From: Burkholderiales bacterium
GTDB taxonomy: Bacteria > Pseudomonadota > Gammaproteobacteria > Burkholderiales > SG8-39
Length of the DNA stretch: 64,000 nt
NCBI GenBank assembly: GCA_035499735.1
Contig: DATJYC010000001.1
Coordinates: 46,016 to 110,015, forward strand
Direction: 5' to 3'
Below, piece by piece: positions 1 to 9,887 of the stretch. Below the pieces are notes generated by a model. It was not told the DNA's origin. It made no database searches and worked only from the letters and a program-made list of their open reading frames with translations. Both the position numbers and the translations under genes were made by a program. The first letter of the stretch is position 1, and the number at the start of each line of letters is the position of its first letter.

Positions 1-445
1 GCGCCGCGACCACCGTCGGCTCGTCGGAGAACGCCCGGTCGCCGATCACGCCGCTCGATCCGAAGTCGACGTCGAGCACCGGCGCAAAGCTGAAATCCAC
101 GCCGTGCCTGCGCAGCTCGACCGCGATCACGTAGCCGATCGACTCGGCCAGGGCCCGCGCGCCGCCGGCATCGACCTCCCAGCGCTCGCCGAGCAGGCGC
201 ATCGGCGGGATGCGGGTGAAGCCTTCCCTGAAGCGCTGCACCCGCCCGCCCTCGTGGTCCACCGCGATCAGCAGCTCGGGGCGCTGCGTCCTGATGTCGC
301 GAGTAAGCGCGGCGAGCTGCCCCGGCGATTCGAAATTGCGCGCGAACAGGATCACGCCTCCCGTCGATGGGTGGCGCAGGAGCTCCTTCTCCTCCGGGGC
401 GAGTCGAAGGCCCGCGACGTCGAGCATTGCGGCGCCCGCATTCAT
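1..445 (-). CDS. nagZ: beta-N-acetylhexosaminidase NagZ, N-terminal part (rest lies beyond window start)
   Basis: Manual minus-strand translation from ATG 445-443 gives MNAGAAMLDVAGLRLAPEEKELLRHPSTGGVILFARNFESPGQLAALTRDIRTQRPELLIAVDHEGGRVQRFREGFT..., a typical GH3 NagZ N-terminus. The frame is open to position 1. ATGA overlap with the acpS stop. Absent from the ORF track because it runs off the edge. Confidence 0.8.
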   Translation of the reverse strand, partial: MNAGAAMLDVAGLRLAPEEKELLRHPSTGGVILFARNFESPGQLAALTRDIRTQRPELLIAVDHEGGRVQRFREGFTRIPPMRLLGERWEVDAGGARALAESIGYVIAVELRRHGVDFSFAPVLDVDFGSSGVIGDRAFSDEPTVVAA

Positions 446-846
446 CCCGGCGGGCGTCCCGTGGCGTCCTCCCCTTCGATGACCACGAAGGCGCACGCCA
501 TTCCGACCTCGTCGGTGAGCGAAAGGTGGACCCGCTCCACGCCGCGCCGCTCGAGAAGCGCGGCGAGCGCCTGCGAGAACTGGAACGCCGGCTTCCCGGA
601 GCGCTCGTTGACCACCCAGACGTTGTGCCAGCTCACCGGGTAGTGGATGCCTACGCCCAGCGCCTTCGAGAACGCCTCCTTGGCGGCAAAGCGCTTGGCG
701 AGGTAGCCGGCGCGCTTCCTGCGCCGCCGGAAAACCTCGAGCTCGGACGCCACCAGGATCTTCGTCGCGAAGCGCTCGCCGAAGCGCGAAAGCGCCTGCT
801 CGATGCGCTCGACCTCGCACAGATCGGTGCCGATTCCGAGGATCAT
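442..846 (-). CDS. acpS: holo-[acyl-carrier-protein] synthase
   Basis: The internal start MILGIGTDLCEVERIE... of the 442..1305 ORF is the classic AcpS N-terminus (134 aa). The upstream part of that ORF overlaps pdxJ and is Arg/Gly-rich noise. Confidence 0.9.
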   Translation of the reverse strand: MILGIGTDLCEVERIEQALSRFGERFATKILVASELEVFRRRRKRAGYLAKRFAAKEAFSKALGVGIHYPVSWHNVWVVNERSGKPAFQFSQALAALLERRGVERVHLSLTDEVGMACAFVVIEGEDATGRPPG

Positions 847-1586
847 GCGCTCTGGCGGATGATTTCGAGATATCTGCGCACCGCCTCGCCCAGGCCCATT
901 TCGAGCGCGTCGGCGACGAGAGCGTGCCCGATGGACACCTCCAGCACGCCCGGCACGGCGCGCAGGAACACGGGCAAGTTCGCGAGATTGAGGTCGTGGC
1001 CCGCGTTGACCCCGAGGCCCGCCCCCTGCGCGGCGCGGGCCGACTCTGCGTACCGGCGCAGCGCCGCGTGTTGTCCGGGCGTCCCGAAGGCGCGCGCGTA
1101 GGGCTCCGTATACAGCTCCACGCGGTCCGCGCCCAGCCTTGCCGCCGCGTCCATCGCCGCCGGGACCGGATCCATAAAGAGGCTCGCCCTCACCTTGAGC
1201 GCCTTCAGCTCGGCCAGCACCGCCTCCAGCTTGCCGCCGTCCCGCTCGAGGTCCCAGCCATGATCCGAGGTGAACGCGCCGGTCTCGTCGGGCACCAGGG
1301 TACACTGCGCCGGCCGGACCTGCCGCACAAATTCGAGCAGGCCGTGAAAGGGATTGCCCTCGATGTTGAACTCCGCGCCGGGCTTCTCCCTCACGACGCA
1401 GGAAAGTTCGCGCACGTCGTTCGCGCGCACGTGCCGTCCGTCGGGGCGCGGATGAACGGTGATGCCGTGCGCGCCGGCGTCGAGCGCGATGCGCGCCGCG
1501 CGGACCACGTCGGGAATGCCGATCGTGCGCGTGTTCCGCAGCAGGGCGATCTTGTTGATGTTGGCGCTGAGCTGTGTCGCCGCCAT
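843..1586 (-). CDS. pdxJ: pyridoxine 5'-phosphate synthase
   Basis: 247 aa. LSANINKIALLRNTR...GAHGITVHPRPDGRH...GHDLNLANL motifs are typical of PdxJ. 4-nt overlap with acpS. Confidence 0.95.
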   Translation of the reverse strand: MAATQLSANINKIALLRNTRTIGIPDVVRAARIALDAGAHGITVHPRPDGRHVRANDVRELSCVVREKPGAEFNIEGNPFHGLLEFVRQVRPAQCTLVPDETGAFTSDHGWDLERDGGKLEAVLAELKALKVRASLFMDPVPAAMDAAARLGADRVELYTEPYARAFGTPGQHAALRRYAESARAAQGAGLGVNAGHDLNLANLPVFLRAVPGVLEVSIGHALVADALEMGLGEAVRRYLEIIRQSA

Positions 1587-1590
1587 GGCC

Positions 1591-2307
1591 CTAGAGAGAG
1601 AGCAGGTCGCGGAATATGCGCCGGCTCTTCAGCGGCTGGTATTCCAGGCGGTGATCGAGAAGAGCGCGCATCAGCGCCTTTGCCTCCTGCTGGGTCCGCG
1701 GATCGCCGTAGTCGTCCCGCCCCATGTCGAGGAGCGTGCGGCCGGATACTGCCGTGGCCGCCGCGCCGTTGATCTCGACCGGACCGCGCTCCGGGTCATA
1801 GCGGTAGGTCTTGGCCGGGTCGATGGCGCTGCCGCTCGCGCTGTCGCGGTCCAGCGTCATCGCGTAGCCGAGCTCCTTGAGCAGCGCCCGCTCGAAGGAG
1901 CGCAGCGCCGAGGCGGACTCCCAGTGCGAGGCGAGCTGCTCCAGCGCGGCCCGGTAGCGCGCGAACAGGGCATCGTGCGGGTCCTCGCGCGGAAGCAGGC
2001 GCACCAGCAGCTCGTTCACGTAGAACCCGCACATCAGCGCCTCGCCTTGGAGCCGCGGAGCCCCGCCGATCCACTCCGCGCGCGCGAGCGTCCGGACTTC
2101 GCCCTTGCCGAACCAGGAAAGCGCGAGCGGCTGAAAGCCGAGCAGGACGCCGCGCAGCGCCGAGCGCGGGCTGCGCGCGGCGCGGGCCACCATCGACAAG
2201 CGCCCGAAGCCCCGGGCGAACACCTCGAGAAGCAGGCTCGTCTCGCGGTACGGATAGCTGTGCAGGACGAAAGCCTCGCGGCTCTCCTGGCGGGCGCGCT
2301 CAGCCAT
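1591..2307 (-). CDS. recO: DNA repair protein RecO
   Basis: 238 aa. AFVLHSYPYRETSLLLEVF...GFQPL N-terminal OB-fold signature. Conserved era-recO-pdxJ order. Confidence 0.9.
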   Translation of the reverse strand: MAERARQESREAFVLHSYPYRETSLLLEVFARGFGRLSMVARAARSPRSALRGVLLGFQPLALSWFGKGEVRTLARAEWIGGAPRLQGEALMCGFYVNELLVRLLPREDPHDALFARYRAALEQLASHWESASALRSFERALLKELGYAMTLDRDSASGSAIDPAKTYRYDPERGPVEINGAAATAVSGRTLLDMGRDDYGDPRTQQEAKALMRALLDHRLEYQPLKSRRIFRDLLSL

Positions 2308-3187
2308 AGCCCATGCGCCTCAGCGCAGCCTCGTCGTCGGTCCAGCCGCCGCGTACCCGCACCCAGGTCTCGAGGTAGACCTTGCCGCCGAGCAGCTTCT
2401 CGATGTCCCGCCTCGCCTCGGAGGCAATGGTCTTCAGCTTGCTTCCGCCCGCCCCGATGACGATCGCCTTGTGCCCCGCCTTCTCGACGACGATCGACGC
2501 GTGGATCCGCCGCACGCCGCGCTGCTCCTCGTACTTGTCGATTTCGACGTGGGCGCTGTAGGGGAGCTCCTCGCCGAGGTGGCGGAAGAGCTTCTCGCGT
2601 ATGAATTCTGCGGCGAGGAAGCGCTCGTTCCTGTCGGTGAGCTCGTCCGCCGAGTGGATCGCCGGCTGCTCGGGAAGGTGGCGCTCGAACGTGCGCAGCA
2701 ACTCGTCCAGCCCCTTTCGGCGCTTGGCGCTCACCGGCACGATCTCGTCGAACTCCGCCTCGCCCGCGACCTTCTGCAGGAAGGACGGAAGCTGATCCGG
2801 CTCAAGCGCGTCGATCTTGTTCACCACCAGAAACAGCGTCGCGTCAGCGGGAACGAGACTCAGCACCGCGCGGTCCCCGGCGCTGAAGCGCCCCGCCTCG
2901 ACCACCAGCGCGACCACGTCGACGCTGTCGAGCTCAGCCCGCACCGCCCGGTTCATGGCCCGGTTGAGGCCGCCACGGTAGCGGCTCTGGAACCCTGGCG
3001 TGTCGACGAGGATGAACTGAGCGGTCTCCGTCGTGAGGATGCCGCGCAGGGCGAGCCGCGTGGTCTGCGGCTTGCGCGAGGTGATGCTGAGCTTCTGTCC
3101 GAGCAGCGCGTTCTGCAGCGTCGACTTGCCCACGTTCGGCCGCCCGATCAGGGCGATCGCACCGCAACGAAACGAGGCCGATGCCAT
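2300..3187 (-). CDS. era: GTPase Era
   Basis: 295 aa. G1 motif GRPNVGKST, DTPG, NKID, and a C-terminal KH domain. Confidence 0.95.
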   Translation of the reverse strand: MASASFRCGAIALIGRPNVGKSTLQNALLGQKLSITSRKPQTTRLALRGILTTETAQFILVDTPGFQSRYRGGLNRAMNRAVRAELDSVDVVALVVEAGRFSAGDRAVLSLVPADATLFLVVNKIDALEPDQLPSFLQKVAGEAEFDEIVPVSAKRRKGLDELLRTFERHLPEQPAIHSADELTDRNERFLAAEFIREKLFRHLGEELPYSAHVEIDKYEEQRGVRRIHASIVVEKAGHKAIVIGAGGSKLKTIASEARRDIEKLLGGKVYLETWVRVRGGWTDDEAALRRMGYG

Positions 3188-3199
3188 CGCCTGCCGCCT

Positions 3200-3868
3200 T
3201 CAGCCGCGGATCTGCTCGAACGCGCGCATTGCGGCTTCCTGCTCGGCGTTGCGGCGGCTGCTGCCGCTGCCGGTCGTGCGCACCGACAACTGGGGGATGA
3301 GGCACTCGACCTCGAAGTTCTGCTGATGCGCCGCTCCGCGCGTGGCGAGCACCGAGTACTGGGGCAGCGGGATCCTGCGAGCCTGGAGGAGCTCCTGCAG
3401 GAGCGTCTTCGGATCCTTGCCGAGCGACCGCGGGTCGAGGTCCTTGAGCAGGGGCTCGTACAGGCGCCTGACGGTCTCGCGGGCCGCAGCGAAGCCGCCG
3501 TCCAGGAACGCTGCGCCCACCACAGCCTCCAGCGCGTCGGCCAGAATGGACGGACGCGAAGTCCCGCCGCTCCTCATCTCGCCTTCCCCCAAGCGCAGGT
3601 ACTCACCCAGGCCGAGGTCCTGGGCCAGCTGGTGCAGCGCCTCCTGTCGCACCAGGTGCGCGCGCATTCGCGACAGATCGCCCTCGGGCAGGTCCGGAAA
3701 CCGCTCGAACAGCTCCGCCGCCACGACGCAGTTGAGCACGCCGTCGCCGAGAAACTCCAGGCGCTCGTTGTGGGGCGCACCGAAGCTGCGGTGCGTGAGC
3801 GCCTGCGCGAGCAGCTCGGGCCGCGAGAAGCCGTATCCGACGCGCTGCCGCAGGCGCTCCGGGCTCAC
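3200..3868 (-). CDS. rnc: ribonuclease III
   Basis: ALTHRSF...[12 protein letters not shown] catalytic signature plus a dsRBD at the C-terminus. The GTG at 3868 ([14 protein letters not shown]...) is preferred because it avoids overlap with the upstream gene. The ORF-track ATG at 3904 is the alternative. Confidence 0.93.
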   Translation of the reverse strand: MSPERLRQRVGYGFSRPELLAQALTHRSFGAPHNERLEFLGDGVLNCVVAAELFERFPDLPEGDLSRMRAHLVRQEALHQLAQDLGLGEYLRLGEGEMRSGGTSRPSILADALEAVVGAAFLDGGFAAARETVRRLYEPLLKDLDPRSLGKDPKTLLQELLQARRIPLPQYSVLATRGAAHQQNFEVECLIPQLSVRTTGSGSSRRNAEQEAAMRAFEQIRG

Positions 3869-3875
3869 GGCAAAG

Positions 3876-4226
3876 TCATTCGTTGCTGCTCGCCGCGAAA
3901 TCAATGACGACGTTAACGTTGCCGAATAGCGGAATGCGCTTCGAGTATGCGGTCGAAACGACCAGCTCGTTTCCTTCCTTCGTCACTTCGAGGTCCTTCG
4001 GGCCGATGACGTCGATGTCGTCTATCGCCTGGCGCAGCTGAAACGCGTATCGCACTTCGCCCACGGTCGCCGCCGGATTGGCGACCGCGACCGCTTTGAT
4101 CGCCTTCTTGACCTTGAAATACTCGATGTAGGCGGGCGCGATCTTGAGGCCGCCGATGGCGACGAACACGATCACGATGCACGCCACGATCATCCCCATC
4201 AGGGTCAACCCTCGCTGGTTCCTCAT
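3876..4226 (-). CDS. DUF4845-like small membrane-anchored protein
   Basis: Internal start [43 protein letters not shown] (116 aa), with an N-terminal hydrophobic anchor. Sits in the conserved position between lepB and rnc. The rest of the 3876..4919 ORF is out-of-frame overlap with lepB. Confidence 0.65.
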   Translation of the reverse strand: MRNQRGLTLMGMIVACIVIVFVAIGGLKIAPAYIEYFKVKKAIKAVAVANPAATVGEVRYAFQLRQAIDDIDVIGPKDLEVTKEGNELVVSTAYSKRIPLFGNVNVVIDFAASSNE

Positions 4227-4237
4227 TGGATCACCTC

Positions 4238-5026
4238 TCACTGGAATTTCCCGATGCGCCTGAGCTCGCTGAAATTGAACCAGATGAAAAACGCCTTGCC
4301 CACGATGTTCTCGTCGGGCACGAATCCCCACACGCGGCTGTCGGCCGAATTGTCGCGGTTGTCGCCCATGACGAAGTAGTGCCCGGGCGGGACGGTGCAC
4401 GTCACGCCCTCGGCATTGTAGTTGCAATTCTCCCGGAAGGGGAACGGCTGCGTGAACGGTACCGCGGCCGGCGTGTCGCTTTCCTGGAGGATGGCGTGCT
4501 CCACCCCGCCGAGCGTTTCCTCGAATTGCGACGAATAGTGGACGCGCTCGCGGTTGAGATAGTCGGCCACTTGCTTGCGCGGCTGCGGGACTCCGTCGAT
4601 CGTGAGTCTCTTGTTCTCGTATGCGATCTTGTCTCCCGGGAGGCCGACGACCCGCTTGATGTAGTCGACCGACGGATCCACCGGATAGCGGAACACCATG
4701 ACGTCTCCGCGGTGAGGATCGCCGATGCTGAGGATCTTCTTGTTGAGAAGCGGAAGCCGGATGCCGTAGGCGAACTTGTTGACCAGGATGAAATCTCCGA
4801 CCAGCAGCGTCGGCACCATGGAGCCGGTTGGAATCTTGAACGGCTCCACCAGGAAGGAACGCAGCAGGAAGACGATCAGGATCACCGGAAAGAAGCTCTT
4901 CGGATACTCGATCCACCACGGCTCCTTGTCGTCCTTGCGCCGCTGCTTGCGGAAATAGAGCGCGTCCGCCAGGGCGAACGCCCCAGTGACCACCAGGAGC
5001 ACGAACAGGATCAGGGCAAAATTCAT
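4238..5026 (-). CDS. lepB: signal peptidase I
   Basis: 262 aa. IPTGSMVPTL (catalytic Ser), KRVVGLPGD, and GDNRDNSADSR boxes. Confidence 0.95.
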   Translation of the reverse strand: MNFALILFVLLVVTGAFALADALYFRKQRRKDDKEPWWIEYPKSFFPVILIVFLLRSFLVEPFKIPTGSMVPTLLVGDFILVNKFAYGIRLPLLNKKILSIGDPHRGDVMVFRYPVDPSVDYIKRVVGLPGDKIAYENKRLTIDGVPQPRKQVADYLNRERVHYSSQFEETLGGVEHAILQESDTPAAVPFTQPFPFRENCNYNAEGVTCTVPPGHYFVMGDNRDNSADSRVWGFVPDENIVGKAFFIWFNFSELRRIGKFQ

Positions 5027-5038
5027 CGCGGGATTTCG

Positions 5039-6832
5039 CTACTTGTTTTCGACTTGGAGTATCGCAAGGAAAGCCTCCTGAGGTATTTCAACCGTGCCGA
5101 CCTGCTTCATGCGCTTCTTTCCTGCCTTCTGCTTCTCGAGCAGCTTGCGCTTCCGGGTGATGTCGCCGCCGTAGCATTTCGCCAGCACATTCTTGCGCAG
5201 GGCCTTGACCGTCTCGCGGGCGATGATGTGGGAGCCGATCGCCGCCTGCACTGCAACGTCGAACATCTGCCGCGGAATCAGCTCGCGCATTCGCGAGACC
5301 AGATCCCGGCCACGGTAGGGGGCGTTCTCGCGGTGGACCATGAGGGACAGCGCGTCGACCCGCTCCCCGTTGATGAGGATATCGAGCTTCACCATGTCGG
5401 CCGCGCGGAATTCCCTGAACTCGTAGTCGAGGGACGCATAACCGCGGCTCGCGGACTTGAGCTTGTCGAAGAAATCCATCACCACTTCGTTAAGGGGCAT
5501 CTCGTAGGTGAGCATCACCTGGCGTCCGTGGTACTGCATGTTCCGCTGCACACCGCGCTTCTGGGTGCACAGCGTGATGATGGCGCCGACGTACTCCTGC
5601 GGCACGAAGATGGTGGTCTCGATGATCGGCTCGCGGATCTCCTCGATCTTCGACGGGTCGGGCAGCTTCGCCGGGTTCTCGATCCGCACGACCGTGCCGT
5701 CGCGCAGCTTCACTTCGTAGACCACTGTGGGAGCGGTCGTGACCAGCGTGATCCCGTATTCGCGCTCGAGCCGCTCCTGCACGATGTCCATGTGCAGCAG
5801 TCCGAGAAATCCGCACCGGAATCCGAAGCCGAGCGCCTGCGAGGTCTCCGGCTCGTAGTGCAGCGAGGAGTCGTTCAGCTTGAGCTTCTCGAGGGCGTCG
5901 CGGAACGCCTCGTACTCGTTGGCCTCGACCGGGTAGAGCCCGGCGAACACCTGCGGCTTGATCTCCTTGAAGCCCGGCAGGGGCGCCGCGGCCGGGCGGT
6001 CGGCCGAGGTGATGGTGTCCCCGACGCGCGCGTGCTGGAGTTCCTTCACGCCGGCGATCACGAAGCCCACCTCGCCCGCGGACAGGCGCTCGCGCTCCTG
6101 GCCCTTGGGTGTGAACACGCCGACCTGCTCGCATAGATGCTGGGCCTGGGTAGACATCAGCAGCAGCTTGTCCTTGGGCCGCATCGTCCCGTCGACCAGA
6201 CGCACCAGCATCACAACCCCGACGTAGTTGTCGAACCAGGAATCGATGATCAGCGCCTTGAGCGGGGCCTCGGGGTCGCCCTTCGGCGCCGGAATCCGGT
6301 GAATCACGGCTTCGAGGATGTCATCGACGCCTTCGCCGGTCTTGGCGCTCGCCCGCACCGCATCCTTGGCGGCGATCCCGATGACGTCCTCGATCTCCTG
6401 TATGGCGCGCTCGGGGTTGGCCGAAGGCAGATCGATCTTGTTCAGCACGGGCACGACCTCGACGCCCTGCTCGATCGCCGTGTAGCAGTTCGCGACCGTC
6501 TGTGCTTCCACACCCTGGCTCGCGTCCACCACGAGCAGCGCGCCCTCGCACGCCGCCAGCGATCGCGACACCTCGTACGAGAAATCGACGTGGCCCGGCG
6601 TGTCGATGAGGTTGAGGTTGTAGATGCGACCGTCGCGGGCCGCGTACTGGAGCGCGGCGGTCTGCGCCTTGATGGTGATACCGCGCTCGCGCTCCAGATC
6701 CATCGTGTCCAGAACCTGCTCGGACATCTCGCGGTCGGTCAGCCCTCCGCATCGCTGTATGAAGCGGTCGGCGAGCGTCGACTTCCCGTGGTCGATGTGC
6801 GCGATGATCGAAAAATTGCGGATGTGTTGCAT
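5039..6832 (-). CDS. lepA: translation elongation factor 4 (LepA)
   Basis: 597 aa. [33 protein letters not shown], and the conserved LepA C-terminal domain. Confidence 0.97.
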   Translation of the reverse strand: MQHIRNFSIIAHIDHGKSTLADRFIQRCGGLTDREMSEQVLDTMDLERERGITIKAQTAALQYAARDGRIYNLNLIDTPGHVDFSYEVSRSLAACEGALLVVDASQGVEAQTVANCYTAIEQGVEVVPVLNKIDLPSANPERAIQEIEDVIGIAAKDAVRASAKTGEGVDDILEAVIHRIPAPKGDPEAPLKALIIDSWFDNYVGVVMLVRLVDGTMRPKDKLLLMSTQAQHLCEQVGVFTPKGQERERLSAGEVGFVIAGVKELQHARVGDTITSADRPAAAPLPGFKEIKPQVFAGLYPVEANEYEAFRDALEKLKLNDSSLHYEPETSQALGFGFRCGFLGLLHMDIVQERLEREYGITLVTTAPTVVYEVKLRDGTVVRIENPAKLPDPSKIEEIREPIIETTIFVPQEYVGAIITLCTQKRGVQRNMQYHGRQVMLTYEMPLNEVVMDFFDKLKSASRGYASLDYEFREFRAADMVKLDILINGERVDALSLMVHRENAPYRGRDLVSRMRELIPRQMFDVAVQAAIGSHIIARETVKALRKNVLAKCYGGDITRKRKLLEKQKAGKKRMKQVGTVEIPQEAFLAILQVENK

Positions 6833-6843
6833 CCCGGCCTACG

Positions 6844-6866
6844 AAAAAGGGTGCCGCTCGGCACCC
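6844..6866 (-). terminator. intrinsic terminator-like hairpin after mucD, 11 nt upstream of the lepA start
   Basis: Minus strand reads GGGTGCC-gagc-GGCACCC followed by TTTTT. This is a perfect 7-bp GC-rich stem, a 4-nt loop and a U-run. Confidence 0.6.
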
Positions 6867-6918
6867 TCGCTGCCCGTCGCAAGACGTTGAATTTTAGCGT
6901 ATCGAGGCGAGATATGCT

Positions 6919-8343
6919 CTACCCGGACGCCGCCTCGCCCCGCACGGTGACGAACAGGTTGCTTTCCCCCCGCCGCACGTGAAGCGTGAGCGTAGTGCCG
7001 GGATTGAGCTGCGCAAGCACTTTGTTGAACTGCTCGGCGGAGCGCACGTCGGACGTCTGGCCTTTGCTCGTGACCGCGGTGATCACGTCGCCCGAGCGTA
7101 CGTCCGCCCGGCGGTTGCTCCGGACCTCCTCGACCATCACCCCGCCACCGACCTTCAGATCGCGCTTCTGCTCGGCCGTCAAGTCGACCACGACGAAGCC
7201 GAGCCGGTTGGCCGCCGCCTCGGGGGGCTTCCCCTTCCGCTCGCTGCGGCTCGCGACGCGGTCCTCGGGCAGCTCGCCCACCGTGACCGTGATCTCCCGC
7301 GTCGTGCCCTTGCGCCATATCTCCACGCTCGCCCTGCTTCCGGGCTTGGTGCCGCCGACGATGCGCGGCAGCTCGTTCGAGCTTGAGACGGCCTTGCCGT
7401 CGAATTTCATGATGATGTCGCCCGCCTCGACTCCGGCCTTATCGGCCGGGCCGCCCTTCTCCACGGCGTTGACCAGGGCGCCAGCCGCCTTGGGGAGGCC
7501 GAACGATTCCGCCAGCTCCTTCGAGACCTCCTGAATGACGACTCCGATCCTGCCCCGGCTAACGCGGCCAAATTGCCGCAGCTGTCCCTGCACCTCCATC
7601 GCGACGTCGATGGGGATGGCAAACGACAGCCCCATGAAGCCGCCTGTGCGGCTGTAGATCTGGGAGTTGATACCGACGACTTCGCCGCGCATGTTGAACA
7701 GCGGCCCGCCGGAATTGCCTGGATTGATGGCGACGTCGGTCTGAATGAACGGGACGAAGTTCTCCTGGGGCAGGCTGCGGCCCTTCGCGCTCACGATCCC
7801 CGCCGTGACCGTGCTCGCGAAGCCGAAGGGCGAGCCGATCGCCACGACCCACTCGCCAACCTTGAGGCGGTTCGGGTCCCCCATGTGCACCGCCGGTAGC
7901 CCAGTCGCGTCGATCTTCAGCAGCGCGAGGTCGGTGCGCTTGTCCGCGCCGATCACGCGCGCCTTGAATTCGCGCTTGTCGGTGAGGCTGACCGTGATCT
8001 CGTCCGCAGCGTCGACCACGTGCGCGTTGGTGAGAACGTACCCGTCCGAGCTGATGATGAAACCTGAGCCAAGCGAACGGCTCTCGAAGTCTCGCGGCGC
8101 CTGCCCGCCGGGACCAGGCGGCCGCGGCGCGAAGCGGCGGAAGAAGTCGTACAGCGGGTCGTCTTCTTCGAGGTTCGGGACCTGGGGCGAGGTGCGGCGC
8201 TCGCGCGTCTGCGTGGTGCTGATATTGACGACGGTGGGACCCTGCTTCTCGGCGAGATCGGTGAAATCGGGAAGGTCCCGGCCCTGCGCATGAAGCGCGG
8301 GCGGCAGCCACAGAAGGAGCCAGACAAGCAGTACTCTCGCCAT
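6919..8343 (-). CDS. mucD: DegP/DegQ/MucD-family periplasmic serine endoprotease (two PDZ domains)
   Basis: 474 aa. Signal peptide, TNAHVV (His), DLALLK (Asp), and GNSGGPL (Ser). Sits downstream of rpoE-rseA-rseB as in algU-mucABD loci. Confidence 0.9.
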   Translation of the reverse strand: MARVLLVWLLLWLPPALHAQGRDLPDFTDLAEKQGPTVVNISTTQTRERRTSPQVPNLEEDDPLYDFFRRFAPRPPGPGGQAPRDFESRSLGSGFIISSDGYVLTNAHVVDAADEITVSLTDKREFKARVIGADKRTDLALLKIDATGLPAVHMGDPNRLKVGEWVVAIGSPFGFASTVTAGIVSAKGRSLPQENFVPFIQTDVAINPGNSGGPLFNMRGEVVGINSQIYSRTGGFMGLSFAIPIDVAMEVQGQLRQFGRVSRGRIGVVIQEVSKELAESFGLPKAAGALVNAVEKGGPADKAGVEAGDIIMKFDGKAVSSSNELPRIVGGTKPGSRASVEIWRKGTTREITVTVGELPEDRVASRSERKGKPPEAAANRLGFVVVDLTAEQKRDLKVGGGVMVEEVRSNRRADVRSGDVITAVTSKGQTSDVRSAEQFNKVLAQLNPGTTLTLHVRRGESNLFVTVRGEAASG

Positions 8344-8389
8344 CGCGCAGTCCTCGGTTGTTCCGCGGGCGGAAGCCCCGGGCTTCTTT

Positions 8390-9373
8390 TTACTTGTGGT
8401 ACTCCACCGCGTTGGCGACGTATTTTACGCTCTCTGGGGGCGCCTCGCCGACCACCGTTACCCAGTAGTTGCCGATCGGGCGGGTATATACGTTGATCGC
8501 CCCTTGGCGCGAGAGGCCGGCCTGCGGGCTCGGCCGCTTGCTGTTAGCCGGCTCTATGAACACCGAGATCGCCGCCAGACCGTCCGACAGCACGATATGT
8601 CCCACGCCCCCCGTGCCCCCGACGGTACGCATCAATTCGGCGACCGTACGGAACCCCGGCGGCTTCGATCGTATCGTCCATCCCGATTCGGCGAGGTTGG
8701 CCCGCGTCGCCGCGGAGTCCTCGATCCGCCAATCCTTGGTCTGGCGGGAGTAGCGCGGCCTGAGCTGGTCTCGGCCCACGGGCCCGATCTTGATCTGGGT
8801 GAAGAAGAACTGCTCCAGCATCTCGTTCTTCTCGTTGTAGGTCTTGGCCTGGAGCAGCATGCCGGTGTTGACGTCCGCCCAGAGCCGGTGGCCGTAGCGC
8901 ATGCGATCCTTGGGTGCCAGGGTAAGGACTTGGCAGCTGTATCCGACGACACGCTCGACGTCGCCCTTCTTGATCGTGTAGTTCTCCGAAACGTCCTTGA
9001 GCTGCTCGGACAGGATCGCCGGAAACGGCCGACGGCCTGGCTGCTTGTCGATCTTCATCGTGCTGCTCGCCGGCAGATAGCAGACCACCTCGTCGCCGGT
9101 GCGCACAATCTCCCGCGGAATCCCGTTGAGGGTTTCGAGCCGCTCGCGCGGCCCGGTGGAGTCGGCGACGTGAACGATGCTCGAGGTCTCGCTGCGCTGG
9201 CCTTGCTGATAGACGAAGGTACCCGTATAGCTGAGCTTCTCCGAGGCGGCATAGATCCGTTGCAGCCATTGCAGCGCGGAGGGGTCGGTCTGGGCGATGG
9301 CCGCCGATACCGGCAGGAGGAAGGGCAGCACCCTGACCGGGTGCCACACTCGGCACGCGAAATCTCCGGTCAT
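8390..9373 (-). CDS. rseB: sigma-E regulatory protein RseB/MucB
   Basis: 327 aa. Signal peptide, ALQWLQRIYAASEKLSYTGTFVY typical of the MucB/RseB N-domain. ATGA overlap with the rseA stop. Confidence 0.85.
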   Translation of the reverse strand: MTGDFACRVWHPVRVLPFLLPVSAAIAQTDPSALQWLQRIYAASEKLSYTGTFVYQQGQRSETSSIVHVADSTGPRERLETLNGIPREIVRTGDEVVCYLPASSTMKIDKQPGRRPFPAILSEQLKDVSENYTIKKGDVERVVGYSCQVLTLAPKDRMRYGHRLWADVNTGMLLQAKTYNEKNEMLEQFFFTQIKIGPVGRDQLRPRYSRQTKDWRIEDSAATRANLAESGWTIRSKPPGFRTVAELMRTVGGTGGVGHIVLSDGLAAISVFIEPANSKRPSPQAGLSRQGAINVYTRPIGNYWVTVVGEAPPESVKYVANAVEYHK

Positions 9374-9885
9374 TTGCTGGCCGCCACGCGTTCCTCGGAC
9401 ACGCCCCGAACGAAGGGGGCCACGCCCTGCATGGCGCTCACGTGCGAGTAGGCCTGGTGCGCGAGCAGGTAGTTCTCCACGTCGGAAGCGGGCCAGTCGA
9501 CGACCACGTTCTCGGACGGAACGTCCGCCGTGGTCGCGACGGTGCCCGCTGCAAGCTGCGGGTCACCATGCCAGCCGGGAAAGGCCGTCCACGCCACCAC
9601 GGCCACGGCCGCGGCGCTCGCCGTCGCGTACATGCCATACCAGCCGAAGCGCTTGGCCGCGCTCGCCGCGCGCTGCCGCGGCGCGAGCACGGTGGGTTCC
9701 TCGCGCAATCGCGAGATGACCCGCGGCGCGATTTCCCGGCATAGATGGCCGCGGAGCGCGTCGCCGATCAGATGATAGGTATCCCAGGCGGCGCGCAGCT
9801 CGGGGTCCGAGCGCAGGCGCGTGATATGCGCCTGGATCTCGCCCTCGAGTTCGCCGTCGATGATCGCAGATAGCTTCTCTTTCAT
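9370..9885 (-). CDS. rseA: anti-sigma-E factor RseA/MucA
   Basis: Internal start MKEKLSAIIDGELEGE...AWDTYHLIGDALRG matches the RseA N-terminal anti-sigma domain, followed by a central TM segment. It starts 2 nt after the rpoE stop. The longer ORF-track start overlaps rpoE. Confidence 0.75.
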   Translation of the reverse strand: MKEKLSAIIDGELEGEIQAHITRLRSDPELRAAWDTYHLIGDALRGHLCREIAPRVISRLREEPTVLAPRQRAASAAKRFGWYGMYATASAAAVAVVAWTAFPGWHGDPQLAAGTVATTADVPSENVVVDWPASDVENYLLAHQAYSHVSAMQGVAPFVRGVSEERVAASK

Positions 9886-9887
9886 GG

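Noticed and set aside
4226-6136. 636-aa plus-strand ORF opposite lepB and lepA; likewise 2471..3907 opposite era/rnc and 48793..50769 opposite eno/kdsA
   Set aside because: All are antisense to strongly recognisable housekeeping genes. The translations are repetitive R/L/D/H/E-rich sequences without domains.
8372-8391. GAAGCCC-c-GGGCTTC followed by TTTTT on the plus strand at the rseB/mucD junction
   Set aside because: It looks like a terminator, but it is oriented against the minus-strand operon and overlaps the rseB stop codon. On the coding strand the hairpin has no U-run. It is probably fortuitous or at most an antisense-transcription stop, so it is not annotated.
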